A DNA stretch of 64,000 nucleotides from an uncultured bacterium (GTDB lineage: Bacteria; Actinomycetota; Acidimicrobiia; Acidimicrobiales; VFJN01), in the NCBI GenBank assembly GCA_963717085.1, contig CAVQVM010000022.1, forward strand, positions 92,620 through 156,619. The letters run 5' to 3'. The position numbers and the translations under genes were made by a program. Of the stretch, positions 8,797-17,918 are shown piece by piece. Position 1 is the stretch's first letter, and every line of letters starts with the position of its first letter. The notes beneath the pieces were generated by a model. It ran no database searches. It saw nothing but the letters and a program-made list of their open reading frames with translations, and was not told the origin of the DNA.

Positions 8797-9890
8797 GGCA
8801 GCTCGGCCGCCCTCACCACCAGCACGTCGGGCAGATGGCGGACGATCGACGCCCACGACGCCCCCTCGTCGGCGCTGGCGAACACCTCCCCGGAGCGGGT
8901 CCCGAAGTACACGCCGGCGGGGTCGGCGTCGTCGGTGCACAGCGCGTCGCGCAGCACGCTCACGTAGGCGGGCTGCTGGGGCAGCCCGACGGCGAGCGGC
9001 TCCCAGCTCTCGCCGGCGTCGCTGGTGCGGAAGATGCGGCAGCGGTCCTCGGGTGGCATCCGGTGCTCGTCCTTGACCAGGGGATAGACGTACGCCGTGC
9101 CCGCCCGGTGGGGATGAGCGGCCACCGGGAAGCCGAAGTCGGCCGGCAGGTTCTCGCCGATGGCGCTCCACGTGGCGCCGAAGTCGTCGCTGCGGTAGAC
9201 CCCGCCGTGGTTCTGGAGGAACAGCTGGTCCGGCCGGTCCGGTTGGCCGTCGAACTTGTGGACGCACTGGCCGAACTCGGGATGCTGGTCGGGCGCCCGC
9301 CAGGCGTCGATCCCGGTGTTCGAGGCCTCCCACGACTTGCCGCCGTCGTCGGTGCGGTACACGCCCGCGGCCGAGACCCCGACGAGCATGCGGTCGGGGT
9401 CGGTGGCATGCGGCATGACCGTGTGCAGGCACAGGCCGCCCCCGCCCGGCATCCACCGCTCCCGGTGGGGGTGGTTCCAGAGGCTCTCCACCAGCGAGAA
9501 CGTCTCGCCGCCGTCCTCGGAACGGAACAGGGCCCCGGGCTCGACGCCCGCCCACACCAGGCCGGGCTGGTCGGCTCGGGCGGGGCGGAGCTGCCACGTC
9601 CGCACCAGGGCCTCGCCGGAGTCGACGGGAAAGCGGACTGCACCGCCCTCGGTCTCCTGCCAGGACGCGCCGAAGTCGTCGGACCGGAACACCGACGGGC
9701 CCCAGTGCTCGCTGTCCGCACCCGCCAGCAGGCGCGTCGATCCTCCCGAGGCGGCCGGCCGGGGGTCGATCGCGGCGGCGTAGACGGAGTTCATCCCGAA
9801 GTGCGGCCCGTCCAGCGACCAGGACAGGCGGTCGTCGCTGCGGGCGAGGAAGAGCCCCTTGCGCGTGCCGATCATCAGCAGCGTGGTCAT
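8793..9890 (-). CDS. BNR/Asp-box repeat protein (sialidase-fold beta-propeller-like), function unknown
   Basis: Six Asp-box motifs: SDDFGASW, SEDGGETF, TDDGGKSW, SDDFGATW, SDAGESW, ADEGASW. 365 aa counted from MTTLLMIGTRKG. The track ORF 8793..11276 is over-extended at its 5' end. Confidence 0.7.
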   Translation of the reverse strand: MTTLLMIGTRKGLFLARSDDRLSWSLDGPHFGMNSVYAAAIDPRPAASGGSTRLLAGADSEHWGPSVFRSDDFGASWQETEGGAVRFPVDSGEALVRTWQLRPARADQPGLVWAGVEPGALFRSEDGGETFSLVESLWNHPHRERWMPGGGGLCLHTVMPHATDPDRMLVGVSAAGVYRTDDGGKSWEASNTGIDAWRAPDQHPEFGQCVHKFDGQPDRPDQLFLQNHGGVYRSDDFGATWSAIGENLPADFGFPVAAHPHRAGTAYVYPLVKDEHRMPPEDRCRIFRTSDAGESWEPLAVGLPQQPAYVSVLRDALCTDDADPAGVYFGTRSGEVFASADEGASWASIVRHLPDVLVVRAAELP

Positions 9891-9955
9891 GGTCACCCCC
9901 CGGGTAGGCGCTCCCCGGAATGTAGACCTGCGGGTGCCGAGGCGTTTCCCGTTTG

Positions 9956-11296
9956 TCAGCGGCGGGCGCCGAGCACGATCCAGCGGTCGGAGGTGAACCG
10001 GGCCAGCAGCGTCGATGCCCGGGTCGCCATCAGCAGTCCCAGCGAGGCCCACAGCCACCCGATGCCGGCGTCGAGCGCGAGCACCAGCAACGCCGCCGGG
10101 ATGAACACGGCGGCGGCGACGATCATCGCCCCCGCCAGGAACCGCATGTCGCCGGCCCCGATCAACACGCCGTCGAGCACGAAGGCCACGGCGTTCACCG
10201 GCTGGAGCGCCGCCACCCACAGGAGGAGGAAGGTCGCGAGCGCCAGCACCTCCGGGTCGTCCGTGAACAGATGGGGCAGCACGGTCCGCGGGACCGCCAC
10301 CAGCACGCCGATCAGTGCCCCGAGCGCCACACCCCATTCGATCATCCGCCGCCCGGCGTCGCGGGCGCCCGGGCCGTCGCCGGCTCCCAGTGCCCGGCCG
10401 ACCATGGCCTGGCCGGCGATGGCGATGGCGTCGAGGCCCAGGGCGAGGAAGTTCCAGATCTCGAAGGCGATCACGTGGGCGGCGACGTCGACAGAGCCCA
10501 GGCGTGCTGCCACGGCGGTGGCGACCACCAACGCCGCCCGCAGCGCCGCCGTCCGCACCAGCAGGTCGCCGCCCACGCGGGCCAGCGCCGCCAGGCTGGC
10601 GGGATGGGGCGCCAGATCGGCGCCATGCCGTCGCGCCGCCCGGCCCACGCGGCGCACGTACACGGCGGCACCCCCGACCTGCGCCAGCACGGTCGCCAGT
10701 GCCGAGGCGCCGATGCCCAGGCCGAGGCCGTAGATGAGCGTGACCTCGATCACCAGGTTGGCCGCCGCGGTGCCGATCGCCACCAGCAGCGGCGTGCGGG
10801 TGTCCTGCAGGCCGCGCAGGTAGCCGGCGCCCGCCAGCACCAGCAGCATCGCGGGCACCCCGGCGAGGCTGATCCTCAGGTACACGAGGGCGTTGGTGGC
10901 GACGGCGCCCTCGGCACCCATCCAGCCGACCAGCCTGCCGCTGAGCCCCAGGCCGATCACGATCACGCCCAGCCCGATGAGCAGCGCCAGCCACATCGAC
11001 TGGACCGCCTGGTGCGCCGCCTCCGGCTCGTCGCCCGCCCCGAGCAGCCTGCTCACCGCCGCGGTCGTCCCGTAGGCCAGGAAGATGAAGACGGCGTACA
11101 GCGTCAGCAGCACGCTCGATGCCACCGCCAGCCCGGCCAGCTGGGGGGTGCCCAGGTGGCCAACGACGGCGGTGTCGGTGAGGACGTAGAGAGGCTCGGC
11201 GATGAGCGCGCCGAACGCCGGGATGGCCAACCGGGCGATCTCCCGGTCGAGCGGGCTTCGGGCCGGCCGGCGCCAAAGCGTCTGGCTGCGAGCCAC
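9956..11296 (-). CDS. MATE family efflux transporter (DinF-like)
   Basis: LDREIARLAIPAFGALIAEPLYVLTDTAVVGHLG followed by a polytopic hydrophobic profile. Start assigned to GTG 11296 so that it does not overlap the divergent peptidase gene; this start is uncertain. Confidence 0.8.
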   Translation of the reverse strand: MARSQTLWRRPARSPLDREIARLAIPAFGALIAEPLYVLTDTAVVGHLGTPQLAGLAVASSVLLTLYAVFIFLAYGTTAAVSRLLGAGDEPEAAHQAVQSMWLALLIGLGVIVIGLGLSGRLVGWMGAEGAVATNALVYLRISLAGVPAMLLVLAGAGYLRGLQDTRTPLLVAIGTAAANLVIEVTLIYGLGLGIGASALATVLAQVGGAAVYVRRVGRAARRHGADLAPHPASLAALARVGGDLLVRTAALRAALVVATAVAARLGSVDVAAHVIAFEIWNFLALGLDAIAIAGQAMVGRALGAGDGPGARDAGRRMIEWGVALGALIGVLVAVPRTVLPHLFTDDPEVLALATFLLLWVAALQPVNAVAFVLDGVLIGAGDMRFLAGAMIVAAAVFIPAALLVLALDAGIGWLWASLGLLMATRASTLLARFTSDRWIVLGARR

Positions 11297-11317
11297 CCCG
11301 CTAGTGTGCCGACGCCC

Positions 11318-12889
11318 ATGCGACCGATGGCCACGAATTGGACGCGCCGCACGTTCCTCATCGGCTCCGGCGCCACGGCGGGGGCCGTGGTCCTCGGGGG
11401 CGCCGCCTGCTCGTCGTCCGGCGGCGCTGGCGACGACGCCACCGATGATGCCCGCGACGACGCCACCGACGACGCACAAGGGGACGAGATGTCAGCCGAC
11501 GGCGTGGTGAACCTGAGCGACGTGCCCACCGAGGGGACGATCTTCGGCTGGATCAGCGAGGTCTTCGACCACGGGATCCGGCGGCCCGGCTATCCAGCCG
11601 ACGAATGGGCCGAGGGATGGATCGCCGACCGGTTCCGCAGCATCGGGCTCGACAACGTCCGGCGAGAGCCCATCACCGTCACCCGCTGGGAGCCGACCGA
11701 CTGGTCGCTCGAGGTCATCGGCCCCGGCGGCGACGCCACCAACCTCGACTGCTTCCCGGTGCCGTTCTCGGCCCCGGTCGATGGCCTCGACGTCGAGGTG
11801 GCCGCCTACGACCAGGCCAGTCCCGCCACCGTGAGGGGCAAGGCGGCACTATTCGACGTGCCCCTGATCCGCATCCCGGCGGACCTGCTGGCCACGGCCG
11901 GCAGCGCACCGGCCGACCCCACGGGGCGGATCGTCGATCCCGACGGCAGCCTGGCCGGCGCTCAGCACGTCGTACCGTTCGGTTCCCAGTTCCAGGAGGT
12001 CATGGAGCCGTCGGTCGGGGCCGGCGCGGCGGCATTCATCGGGACGCTCACCGACTACCCGGGCGACTCGTTCAACTACTTCGTGCCCTACGACGCCATC
12101 GCGCGCCCGATTCCCGGCGTGTGGGTGAACGGCACCGACGGTGCCTGGCTGCGCGAGCAACTGGCCGGCGGACGTGTGCGGGTGCGGCTCACCGTCGCTT
12201 CCTCGCGGGAGGACGTCGAGTCGCACAACGTCGTGGGCGAGCTGGAGGGTGCCGACGACGAGACGGTGATGATCGGCTCGCACCACGACGGCCCCTGGGC
12301 GTCGGCGGTCGAGGACGGCAGCGGCATCTCGCTCGTCCTGGCTCAGGCGACCTACTGGGCCGCCCAGCCGGTCGAGCGCCGGCCGCACCGGCTCGTGTTC
12401 CTGCTGCAGGGCGGGCACATGTCGGGTGGCGCCGGCCTCCGGGGGTACATCGAGGCACACCGCGCCGAGCTGGCGCAGGTGGTGCTGGAGGTCCACCTCG
12501 AGCACGCGGCCCTCGAGTTCGCTGTGCAGGACGGCGCCCTCGTCTCGACCGGGCAGCCGGTGCCGCGGTGGTTCTTCACCACCCGCATCCCGGCACTGGA
12601 GGCGGCCGTCGCCGACGCCCTCGATACCGAGGAGCTCGGCCGGTCGATGATCCTCGCACCCGACGCGTTCGGCGAGCAGCCGCCGACCGACGGTGCCTTC
12701 TACCACCGCGAGGGCGTGCCGGTGATGAACTTCCTGACCGCGCCCTTCTACCTGTTCGACGCCATGGACACTCTCGACAAGATCGATCGCGACAACCTGG
12801 CGCCGCTCACCCGGGCGACGATCCGGATCATCGAGTCCACCCGCGGCGCCACCGCCGCGGAGATGCGCGCCGGCGTGGTGACGTCCTGA
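11318..12889 (+). CDS. M28-family metallopeptidase with Tat-type signal peptide
   Basis: Twin-arginine motif TRRTFLIGSGA then GGAAC. Also HNVVGELEG...MIGSHHDG...EDGSGIS, typical of M28. 523 aa counted from MRPMATNW. Confidence 0.75.
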   Translation: MRPMATNWTRRTFLIGSGATAGAVVLGGAACSSSGGAGDDATDDARDDATDDAQGDEMSADGVVNLSDVPTEGTIFGWISEVFDHGIRRPGYPADEWAEGWIADRFRSIGLDNVRREPITVTRWEPTDWSLEVIGPGGDATNLDCFPVPFSAPVDGLDVEVAAYDQASPATVRGKAALFDVPLIRIPADLLATAGSAPADPTGRIVDPDGSLAGAQHVVPFGSQFQEVMEPSVGAGAAAFIGTLTDYPGDSFNYFVPYDAIARPIPGVWVNGTDGAWLREQLAGGRVRVRLTVASSREDVESHNVVGELEGADDETVMIGSHHDGPWASAVEDGSGISLVLAQATYWAAQPVERRPHRLVFLLQGGHMSGGAGLRGYIEAHRAELAQVVLEVHLEHAALEFAVQDGALVSTGQPVPRWFFTTRIPALEAAVADALDTEELGRSMILAPDAFGEQPPTDGAFYHREGVPVMNFLTAPFYLFDAMDTLDKIDRDNLAPLTRATIRIIESTRGATAAEMRAGVVTS

Positions 12890-12906
12890 CCCCACCCTGA
12901 TCCTGA

Positions 12907-12953
12907 AACTTGCGGCGATTGGCGCCTCATGGCAGCCCTATTCGCCGCAAGTT
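12907..12953. promoter_or_regulatory. 12-bp perfect inverted repeat upstream of ilvD
   Basis: AACTTGCGGCGA (12907-12918) and TCGCCGCAAGTT (12942-12953) are separated by 23 nt. The repeat ends 28 nt before the ilvD ATG. Confidence 0.4.
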
Positions 12954-12981
12954 CGACAGGCGACGGACCTACGCTGCGCCC

Positions 12982-14676
12982 ATGAGCGAGAGCGAGTCCC
13001 GCGTCGACATCAAGCACCGCAGCCGCGAGGTCACCGAGGGATTCGAGCGGGCGCCGGCCCGGGCCATGTTGCGGGCCATCGGCATGACCGACGACGACTG
13101 GGACAAGCCCCAGGTGGGCGTCTGCTCCTCGTGGAACGAGGTCACGCCCTGCAACCTGCCGCTCGACCGGCTGGCCAAGCGGTCCAAGGAGGGGGTCCGG
13201 GCCGCCGGCGGCTTCCCGATCGAGTTCACGACGATCGCCGTGAGCGACGGCATCTCGATGGGCCACGAGGGGATGCGGGCGTCGCTGGTGTCGCGGGAGG
13301 TCATCGCCGACTCCGTGGAGACGGTGATGCACGCCGAGCGGATGGACGCGCTCGTCACCTTCGCCGGCTGCGACAAGTCGCTGCCCGGCATGCTCATGGC
13401 GGCGGCTCGGCTCAACGTGCCGTCGGTGTTCGTCTACGGCGGGTCGATCCTGCCCGGCCATCACAACGGCCAGGCGCTCGACATCGTGAGCGTGTTCGAG
13501 GCCGTGGGGGCGCACGCCGCCGGCAGCCTCGACGATGCCGGGCTCGACGCCATCGAGCGCAACGCCTGCCCAACCGAGGGATCGTGCGCCGGAATGTTCA
13601 CCGCCAACACCATGGCGTCGGTGGCCGAGGCCCTGGGGATGTCGCTGCCGGGATCGGCATCAGCCCCCGCCGTCGACCGGCGCCGCGACGACCTGGCCTA
13701 CGCGTCGGGCCAGACGGTGGTGCGGCTGCTGGAGGCGGGCATCCGTCCCCGCCAGATCCTGACCAAGCCGGCGTTCGACAACGCCATCGCCGTGGTGATG
13801 GCGCTCGGCGGATCCACCAACGCCGTTCTCCACCTGCTCGCCATCGCCGCCGAGGCGCGGGTCGACCTGGCGCTCGACGACTTCAACCGGGTGGCGGCCC
13901 GGGTGCCACACATCGCCGACACCAAGCCCGCCGGTCGCTACCACATGAGCGACGTCGACCGGATCGGGGGCGTGCCCGTGGTCATGCGGCACCTGCTGGA
14001 GGCGGGACTGCTGGACGGCGACTGCCTCACGGTCACCGGCCGCACGGTCGCCGAGAACCTGGCGGCGATCGATCCGCCCGGGCCCGACGGCGACGTGATC
14101 CACCCCCTCGGCGATCCCATCCACGCCATCGGAGGCATCGCCGTGCTCAGCGGCTCGCTCGCCCCCAAGGGGGCGGTGGTCAAGGTGGCCGGCATCAGCG
14201 CCGACCGGTTCGAGGGCACCGCCCGTGTGTTCGACGGCGAGGACGGGGCGATGGACGCCATCCTCGCCGGGGCCATCGAGCCGGGCACGGTGGTCGTGAT
14301 CCGCTACGAGGGCCCCAAGGGTGGGCCGGGGATGCGCGAGATGCTGGCCGTCACCGGCGCGATGAAGGGCGCGGGCCGCGGGGGCGACTGCGCGCTGGTG
14401 ACCGATGGACGCTTCTCCGGCGGCACCCACGGGTTCTGCGTCGGCCACGTGGCCCCCGAGGCCACCGACGGCGGCCCCATTGCTCTGGTCGCCGACGGCG
14501 ACCGCATCGTCATCGACGTCCCCTCCAAGGCGATCGACCTGGCCGTGGATCCCGCCGAGCTGGCGCGCCGCCGCGCCGAGTGGAAGCTCCCCGAGCCCCG
14601 CTACACGTCCGGCGTCCTGGCCAAGTATGCGCGCCTCGCCTCGGGGGCGGAGCGCGGCGCCATCACCGAAGCGTGA
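12982..14676 (+). CDS. ilvD: Dihydroxy-acid dehydratase
   Basis: [50 protein letters not shown]. The true ATG is 24 codons inside the track ORF. Confidence 0.95.
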   Translation: MSESESRVDIKHRSREVTEGFERAPARAMLRAIGMTDDDWDKPQVGVCSSWNEVTPCNLPLDRLAKRSKEGVRAAGGFPIEFTTIAVSDGISMGHEGMRASLVSREVIADSVETVMHAERMDALVTFAGCDKSLPGMLMAAARLNVPSVFVYGGSILPGHHNGQALDIVSVFEAVGAHAAGSLDDAGLDAIERNACPTEGSCAGMFTANTMASVAEALGMSLPGSASAPAVDRRRDDLAYASGQTVVRLLEAGIRPRQILTKPAFDNAIAVVMALGGSTNAVLHLLAIAAEARVDLALDDFNRVAARVPHIADTKPAGRYHMSDVDRIGGVPVVMRHLLEAGLLDGDCLTVTGRTVAENLAAIDPPGPDGDVIHPLGDPIHAIGGIAVLSGSLAPKGAVVKVAGISADRFEGTARVFDGEDGAMDAILAGAIEPGTVVVIRYEGPKGGPGMREMLAVTGAMKGAGRGGDCALVTDGRFSGGTHGFCVGHVAPEATDGGPIALVADGDRIVIDVPSKAIDLAVDPAELARRRAEWKLPEPRYTSGVLAKYARLASGAERGAITEA

Positions 14677-14689
14677 CGCCGGTCCTAGC

Positions 14690-14789
14690 CTTGAGGACCA
14701 AGAGCGAGCGTCCGTCGAGGGTGACGGGGAAACAAGGAGAAAGCGAGCGTGGCTTGAGCGGCACGGCCGCAGGCCAAGAGCGGAGAGCA
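14690..14789. repeat. Degenerate copies of the GAGCGG / CCAAGAGCG repeat family (family C)
   Basis: CCAAGAGCGAGCGTCCGTCGAG and GAGCGGCACGGCCGCAGGCCAAGAGCGGAGAGCA resemble the unit at 17986-18034, including a GGCC-GCA-GGCC mini-hairpin. Confidence 0.4.
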
Positions 14790-15374
14790 ATGGCGTCGAC
14801 CGAACAGCCCCGGTGGCGGGGGATCAACCACCTCGCCCTCATCACGACCGACATGGACCGGACGGTTCGCTTCTACCAGGGCGTGCTCGGCGCCAGGCTG
14901 GTCGCCACGATCGGCACGCCCGAGTTCCGGCACTACTTCTTCGAGTTCGGGCCGGAGCTGACCGTCGCCTTCTTCGAGTACCGCGACGCCGAGATCGAGC
15001 CGTTCGCGAAGCCTGCGGGCGTGCCCGACCGGCGCGCCGTCCAGTTCGACCACGTGTCCTTCAACGTGCCCGACGAGCACGCCCTCGAGGCGCTGCAGCG
15101 CCGGCTGAAGGAGCACGGGTGCGAGGTCACCGAGGTGGTTGACCATCAGATCGTGCGCTCGATCTACTTCACCGACCCGGACGGGATCGCGCTCGAGGCG
15201 TCGTGGTGGGTGGTCGACGCCACCGGGCGGGACCCCGACTACGCCGACCCGGAGCTGTTCGGTGACGCCGATCCTGTGCCGGCCCTCCGTGAGCTCGCGG
15301 CCCACGGGGAGGTCTCGACGACGCCGACGACCCGCCTGGTGGACGCCGACGAGGAGGTCCGCGACCCCGCCTAG
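14790..15374 (+). CDS. VOC (glyoxalase/bleomycin-resistance/dioxygenase) family protein
   Basis: GINHLALITTDMDRTVRFYQGVLG and FDHVSFNV...YFTDPDGIALE. 194 aa. It is only the 3' part of track ORF 13131..15374. Confidence 0.75.
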   Translation: MASTEQPRWRGINHLALITTDMDRTVRFYQGVLGARLVATIGTPEFRHYFFEFGPELTVAFFEYRDAEIEPFAKPAGVPDRRAVQFDHVSFNVPDEHALEALQRRLKEHGCEVTEVVDHQIVRSIYFTDPDGIALEASWWVVDATGRDPDYADPELFGDADPVPALRELAAHGEVSTTPTTRLVDADEEVRDPA

Positions 15375-15445
15375 TGGGGTAGCGCGGCGGGGATCGAAGG
15401 CCCGCCTTGCCCTGGATCCGTGGCTCGTGCGAAGCTGATCGGCCG

Positions 15446-15481
15446 ATGCACGCGTACCGCCTCCTCGTAATCCTCACGTAG
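15446..15481 (+). CDS. ilvB leader peptide MHAYRLLVILT (11 codons)
   Basis: ATG CAC GCG TAC CGC CTC CTC GTA ATC CTC ACG TAG. Five consecutive branched-chain codons; followed by alternative hairpins and a terminator; 110 nt upstream of ilvB. Confidence 0.6.
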   Translation: MHAYRLLVILT

Positions 15482-15544
15482 CGCACGCCGGCCCCACCGC
15501 GTGCGCTCTCACGACCTCCCATCGGGAGGTCGTTTCAGTTTTCG
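15481..15544 (+). promoter_or_regulatory. ilvBNC attenuator RNA (hairpin at the leader stop plus terminator)
   Basis: Hairpin GCGCACGC(15481-88)/GCGTGCGC(15499-506). Terminator CGACCTCCC-ATC-GGGAGGTCG (15512-15532) followed by TTTCAGTTTTCG. Confidence 0.6.
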
Positions 15545-15591
15545 TCGACTTCCGCAACCACTCGCCACACACCGGACAGGAGCACACCGCC

Positions 15592-17346
15592 ATGCAACTC
15601 AACGGCGGACAAGCGTTGATCAAGGCCCTCGAGATGGAGGGCGTGGAGGTCATGTTCGGCCTGCCGGGCGGCGCCATCCTCCCGGTCTACGACCCGATCA
15701 TCGACAGCCCCATCCGCCACATCCTCGTGCGCCACGAGCAGGGCGCCGGGCACATGGCCGAGGGATTCGCGCACGCGACGGGGCGGCCGGGCGTGTGCAT
15801 GGTGACCTCCGGGCCGGCGGCGACCAACGTCGTCACCCCCCTGTGCGACGCGTTCATGGACTCGGTCCCGATGGTGTGCATCACCGGCCAAGTGCCGTTC
15901 GCCGCCATCGGCACCGACGCCTTCCAGGAGTGCGACACGGTCGGCATCACCCGCTCGGTGACCAAGCACAACGAGCTGATCACGCAGGCACAGGACATCC
16001 CGCTCATGGTCCGGCAGGCGTTCCACCTCGCCACCACCGGGCGGCCCGGTCCCGTGCTGATCGACGTCCCCAAGGACATCGTCGACCCCCAGAACCCCCG
16101 CTCGGCGATGGAGTGGTACTGGCCCAGCGACGACGACGTCGCAGCGAGCCTGCCGGGCTACCGGCCGACCACGAAGGGCCACCCGAAGATGATCCGCCAG
16201 GCCGCCGACCTGATCGTCCAGGCCCGCCGGCCGGTCATCTACGCGGGCGGCGGCATCCTCAAGGCCCGGGCCGCCGAGGCGCTCCGGGAGCTCGCCGAGC
16301 TGTGCGACATCCATGTGGTGACCACCCTCATGGCCCGGGGCGCGTTCCCCGACGGGCACCCGCTGTGCCTGGGCATGCCGGGTATGCACGGCAATTACAC
16401 GGCGGTGACATCGATGCAGCAGACCGACCTGCTCATCGCCCTCGGCAGCCGCTTCGACGACCGTGTGACCGGCAAGGTCGACGGCTTCGCGCCCGACGCC
16501 AAGGTGATCCATGTCGACGTCGACCCCGCCGAGCTGGGCAAGGTCCGGCGGCCCGACGTCCCGATCGTGGGCGACTGCCGGCTCGTCATCGAAGAGCTGG
16601 TGACGGCGGTGCGCAGCTTGGTCGACGGTGGGGCGGCGTTCCCCGACCGCTCGGCGTGGAAGCAGACAATCTCCGGCTGGCAGGAGAACTACCCGCTCAC
16701 CTACCAGCAGTCCGAGCCGGGAGAGGCGCTCAAGCCCCAGTTCGTGCTCGAGCGGCTGCGCGAAAACACGCCCGACGACACGATCGTCGCCGCCGGCGTG
16801 GGACAGCACCAGATGTGGACGAGCCAGTACTGGCGCTTCAACCATCCCTACACCTGGGTCAACTCCGGGGGGCTCGGCACCATGGGCTTCGCGGTGCCCG
16901 CGGCCATCGGCGCCAAGGTGGGGCGTCCGGACCGCACGGTGTGGGCGGTGGACGGGGACGGCTGCTTCCAGATGACCGCCCAGGAGCTGGTGACGGCGAC
17001 CGCCGAGCGGATCCCCGTCAAGGTCGCGATCCTGAACAACGCCTACCTCGGCATGGTCCGCCAGTGGCAGGAGATGTTCTACGACGAGCGCTACAGCGAG
17101 GTGTACCTGTCGCCCGACCTGCCCGACTACAAGCTGTGGGCCGAGGCCATGGGCTGCGTGGGGATGCGGGTCGAGTCGCCCGAGGAGGTCGACGCCGCCA
17201 TCCAGAAGGCCAACGAGATCGACGACCGGCCGGTCGTGATCGACTTCCGCACTGACAGCCGCGAGAAGGTCTATCCGATGGTGCCGGCCGGGAAGACCAA
17301 CGACGACATCATCGTCGACCCCTCCCAAGGCGAAGGAGGCCGCTAA
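15592..17346 (+). CDS. ilvB: Acetolactate synthase large subunit
   Basis: ThDP-enzyme architecture; GGLGTMGFAVPAAIGAK...DGDGCFQM ThDP motif; immediately followed by ilvN. Confidence 0.95.
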   Translation: MQLNGGQALIKALEMEGVEVMFGLPGGAILPVYDPIIDSPIRHILVRHEQGAGHMAEGFAHATGRPGVCMVTSGPAATNVVTPLCDAFMDSVPMVCITGQVPFAAIGTDAFQECDTVGITRSVTKHNELITQAQDIPLMVRQAFHLATTGRPGPVLIDVPKDIVDPQNPRSAMEWYWPSDDDVAASLPGYRPTTKGHPKMIRQAADLIVQARRPVIYAGGGILKARAAEALRELAELCDIHVVTTLMARGAFPDGHPLCLGMPGMHGNYTAVTSMQQTDLLIALGSRFDDRVTGKVDGFAPDAKVIHVDVDPAELGKVRRPDVPIVGDCRLVIEELVTAVRSLVDGGAAFPDRSAWKQTISGWQENYPLTYQQSEPGEALKPQFVLERLRENTPDDTIVAAGVGQHQMWTSQYWRFNHPYTWVNSGGLGTMGFAVPAAIGAKVGRPDRTVWAVDGDGCFQMTAQELVTATAERIPVKVAILNNAYLGMVRQWQEMFYDERYSEVYLSPDLPDYKLWAEAMGCVGMRVESPEEVDAAIQKANEIDDRPVVIDFRTDSREKVYPMVPAGKTNDDIIVDPSQGEGGR

Positions 17347-17895
17347 ATGGCTTCGCCGTCGCTACCCGGCGCCGACTTCCGCCACCACACGCTGGTCGTG
17401 CTGGTGGAGAACAAGGCCGGCGTGCTGGCCCGGGTCTCGGGGCTGTTCGCCCGCCGGGGCTACAACATCTACTCGCTGGCGGTGGCGCCCACCGACGACG
17501 AACGCTTCAGCCGCATCACGATCGTTGTGGACGTCGAGTCGGCGTCGCTCGAGCAGATCACCAAGCAGCTGTTCAAGCTCGTCAACGTCGTCAAGATCTC
17601 TGAGCTCGACCCCCGCGACGCGGTCGAGCGGGAGCTGATGCTCGCCACGGTGCGGGCCGACGCCACCGGGCGCAGCCAGGTCATCGAGCTGGTGGGGCTG
17701 TTCGACGGGCGCATCGTCGACGTTGGCCACGACGAGCTGACGGTGAGCCTCGATGGCGAGCCCGGCCGTCTCGACGACCTCGAGGACCTGCTGCGCCCGC
17801 ATGGGATCGTCGAGCTCCAGCGGACCGGACGCGTGGCGCTGCCCAAGCTCGAGCACCTCGCACCCAACCTGCGCCCGGTGCGCCGCACCGCATGA
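17347..17895 (+). CDS. ilvN: Acetolactate synthase small (regulatory) subunit
   Basis: ACT domain HTLVVLVENKAGVLARVSGLFARRGYNIYSLAV. The ATG abuts the ilvB TAA. Confidence 0.95.
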   Translation: MASPSLPGADFRHHTLVVLVENKAGVLARVSGLFARRGYNIYSLAVAPTDDERFSRITIVVDVESASLEQITKQLFKLVNVVKISELDPRDAVERELMLATVRADATGRSQVIELVGLFDGRIVDVGHDELTVSLDGEPGRLDDLEDLLRPHGIVELQRTGRVALPKLEHLAPNLRPVRRTA

Positions 17896-17918
17896 GCCCG
17901 ACCGTACGGGAGGGCCCG

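Noticed and set aside
9953-12889. 978-aa plus-strand ORF. Similarly over-extended ORFs are 8793..11276-, 13131..15374+, 19632..21701-, 46991..49063+ and 48028..49662+.
   Set aside because: Only the 3' portions show real protein features (M28 peptidase from 11318, BNR protein up to 9890, VOC from 14790, and so on). The 5' portions are stop-free read-through over other genes, so I trimmed the starts by motif and residue counting.
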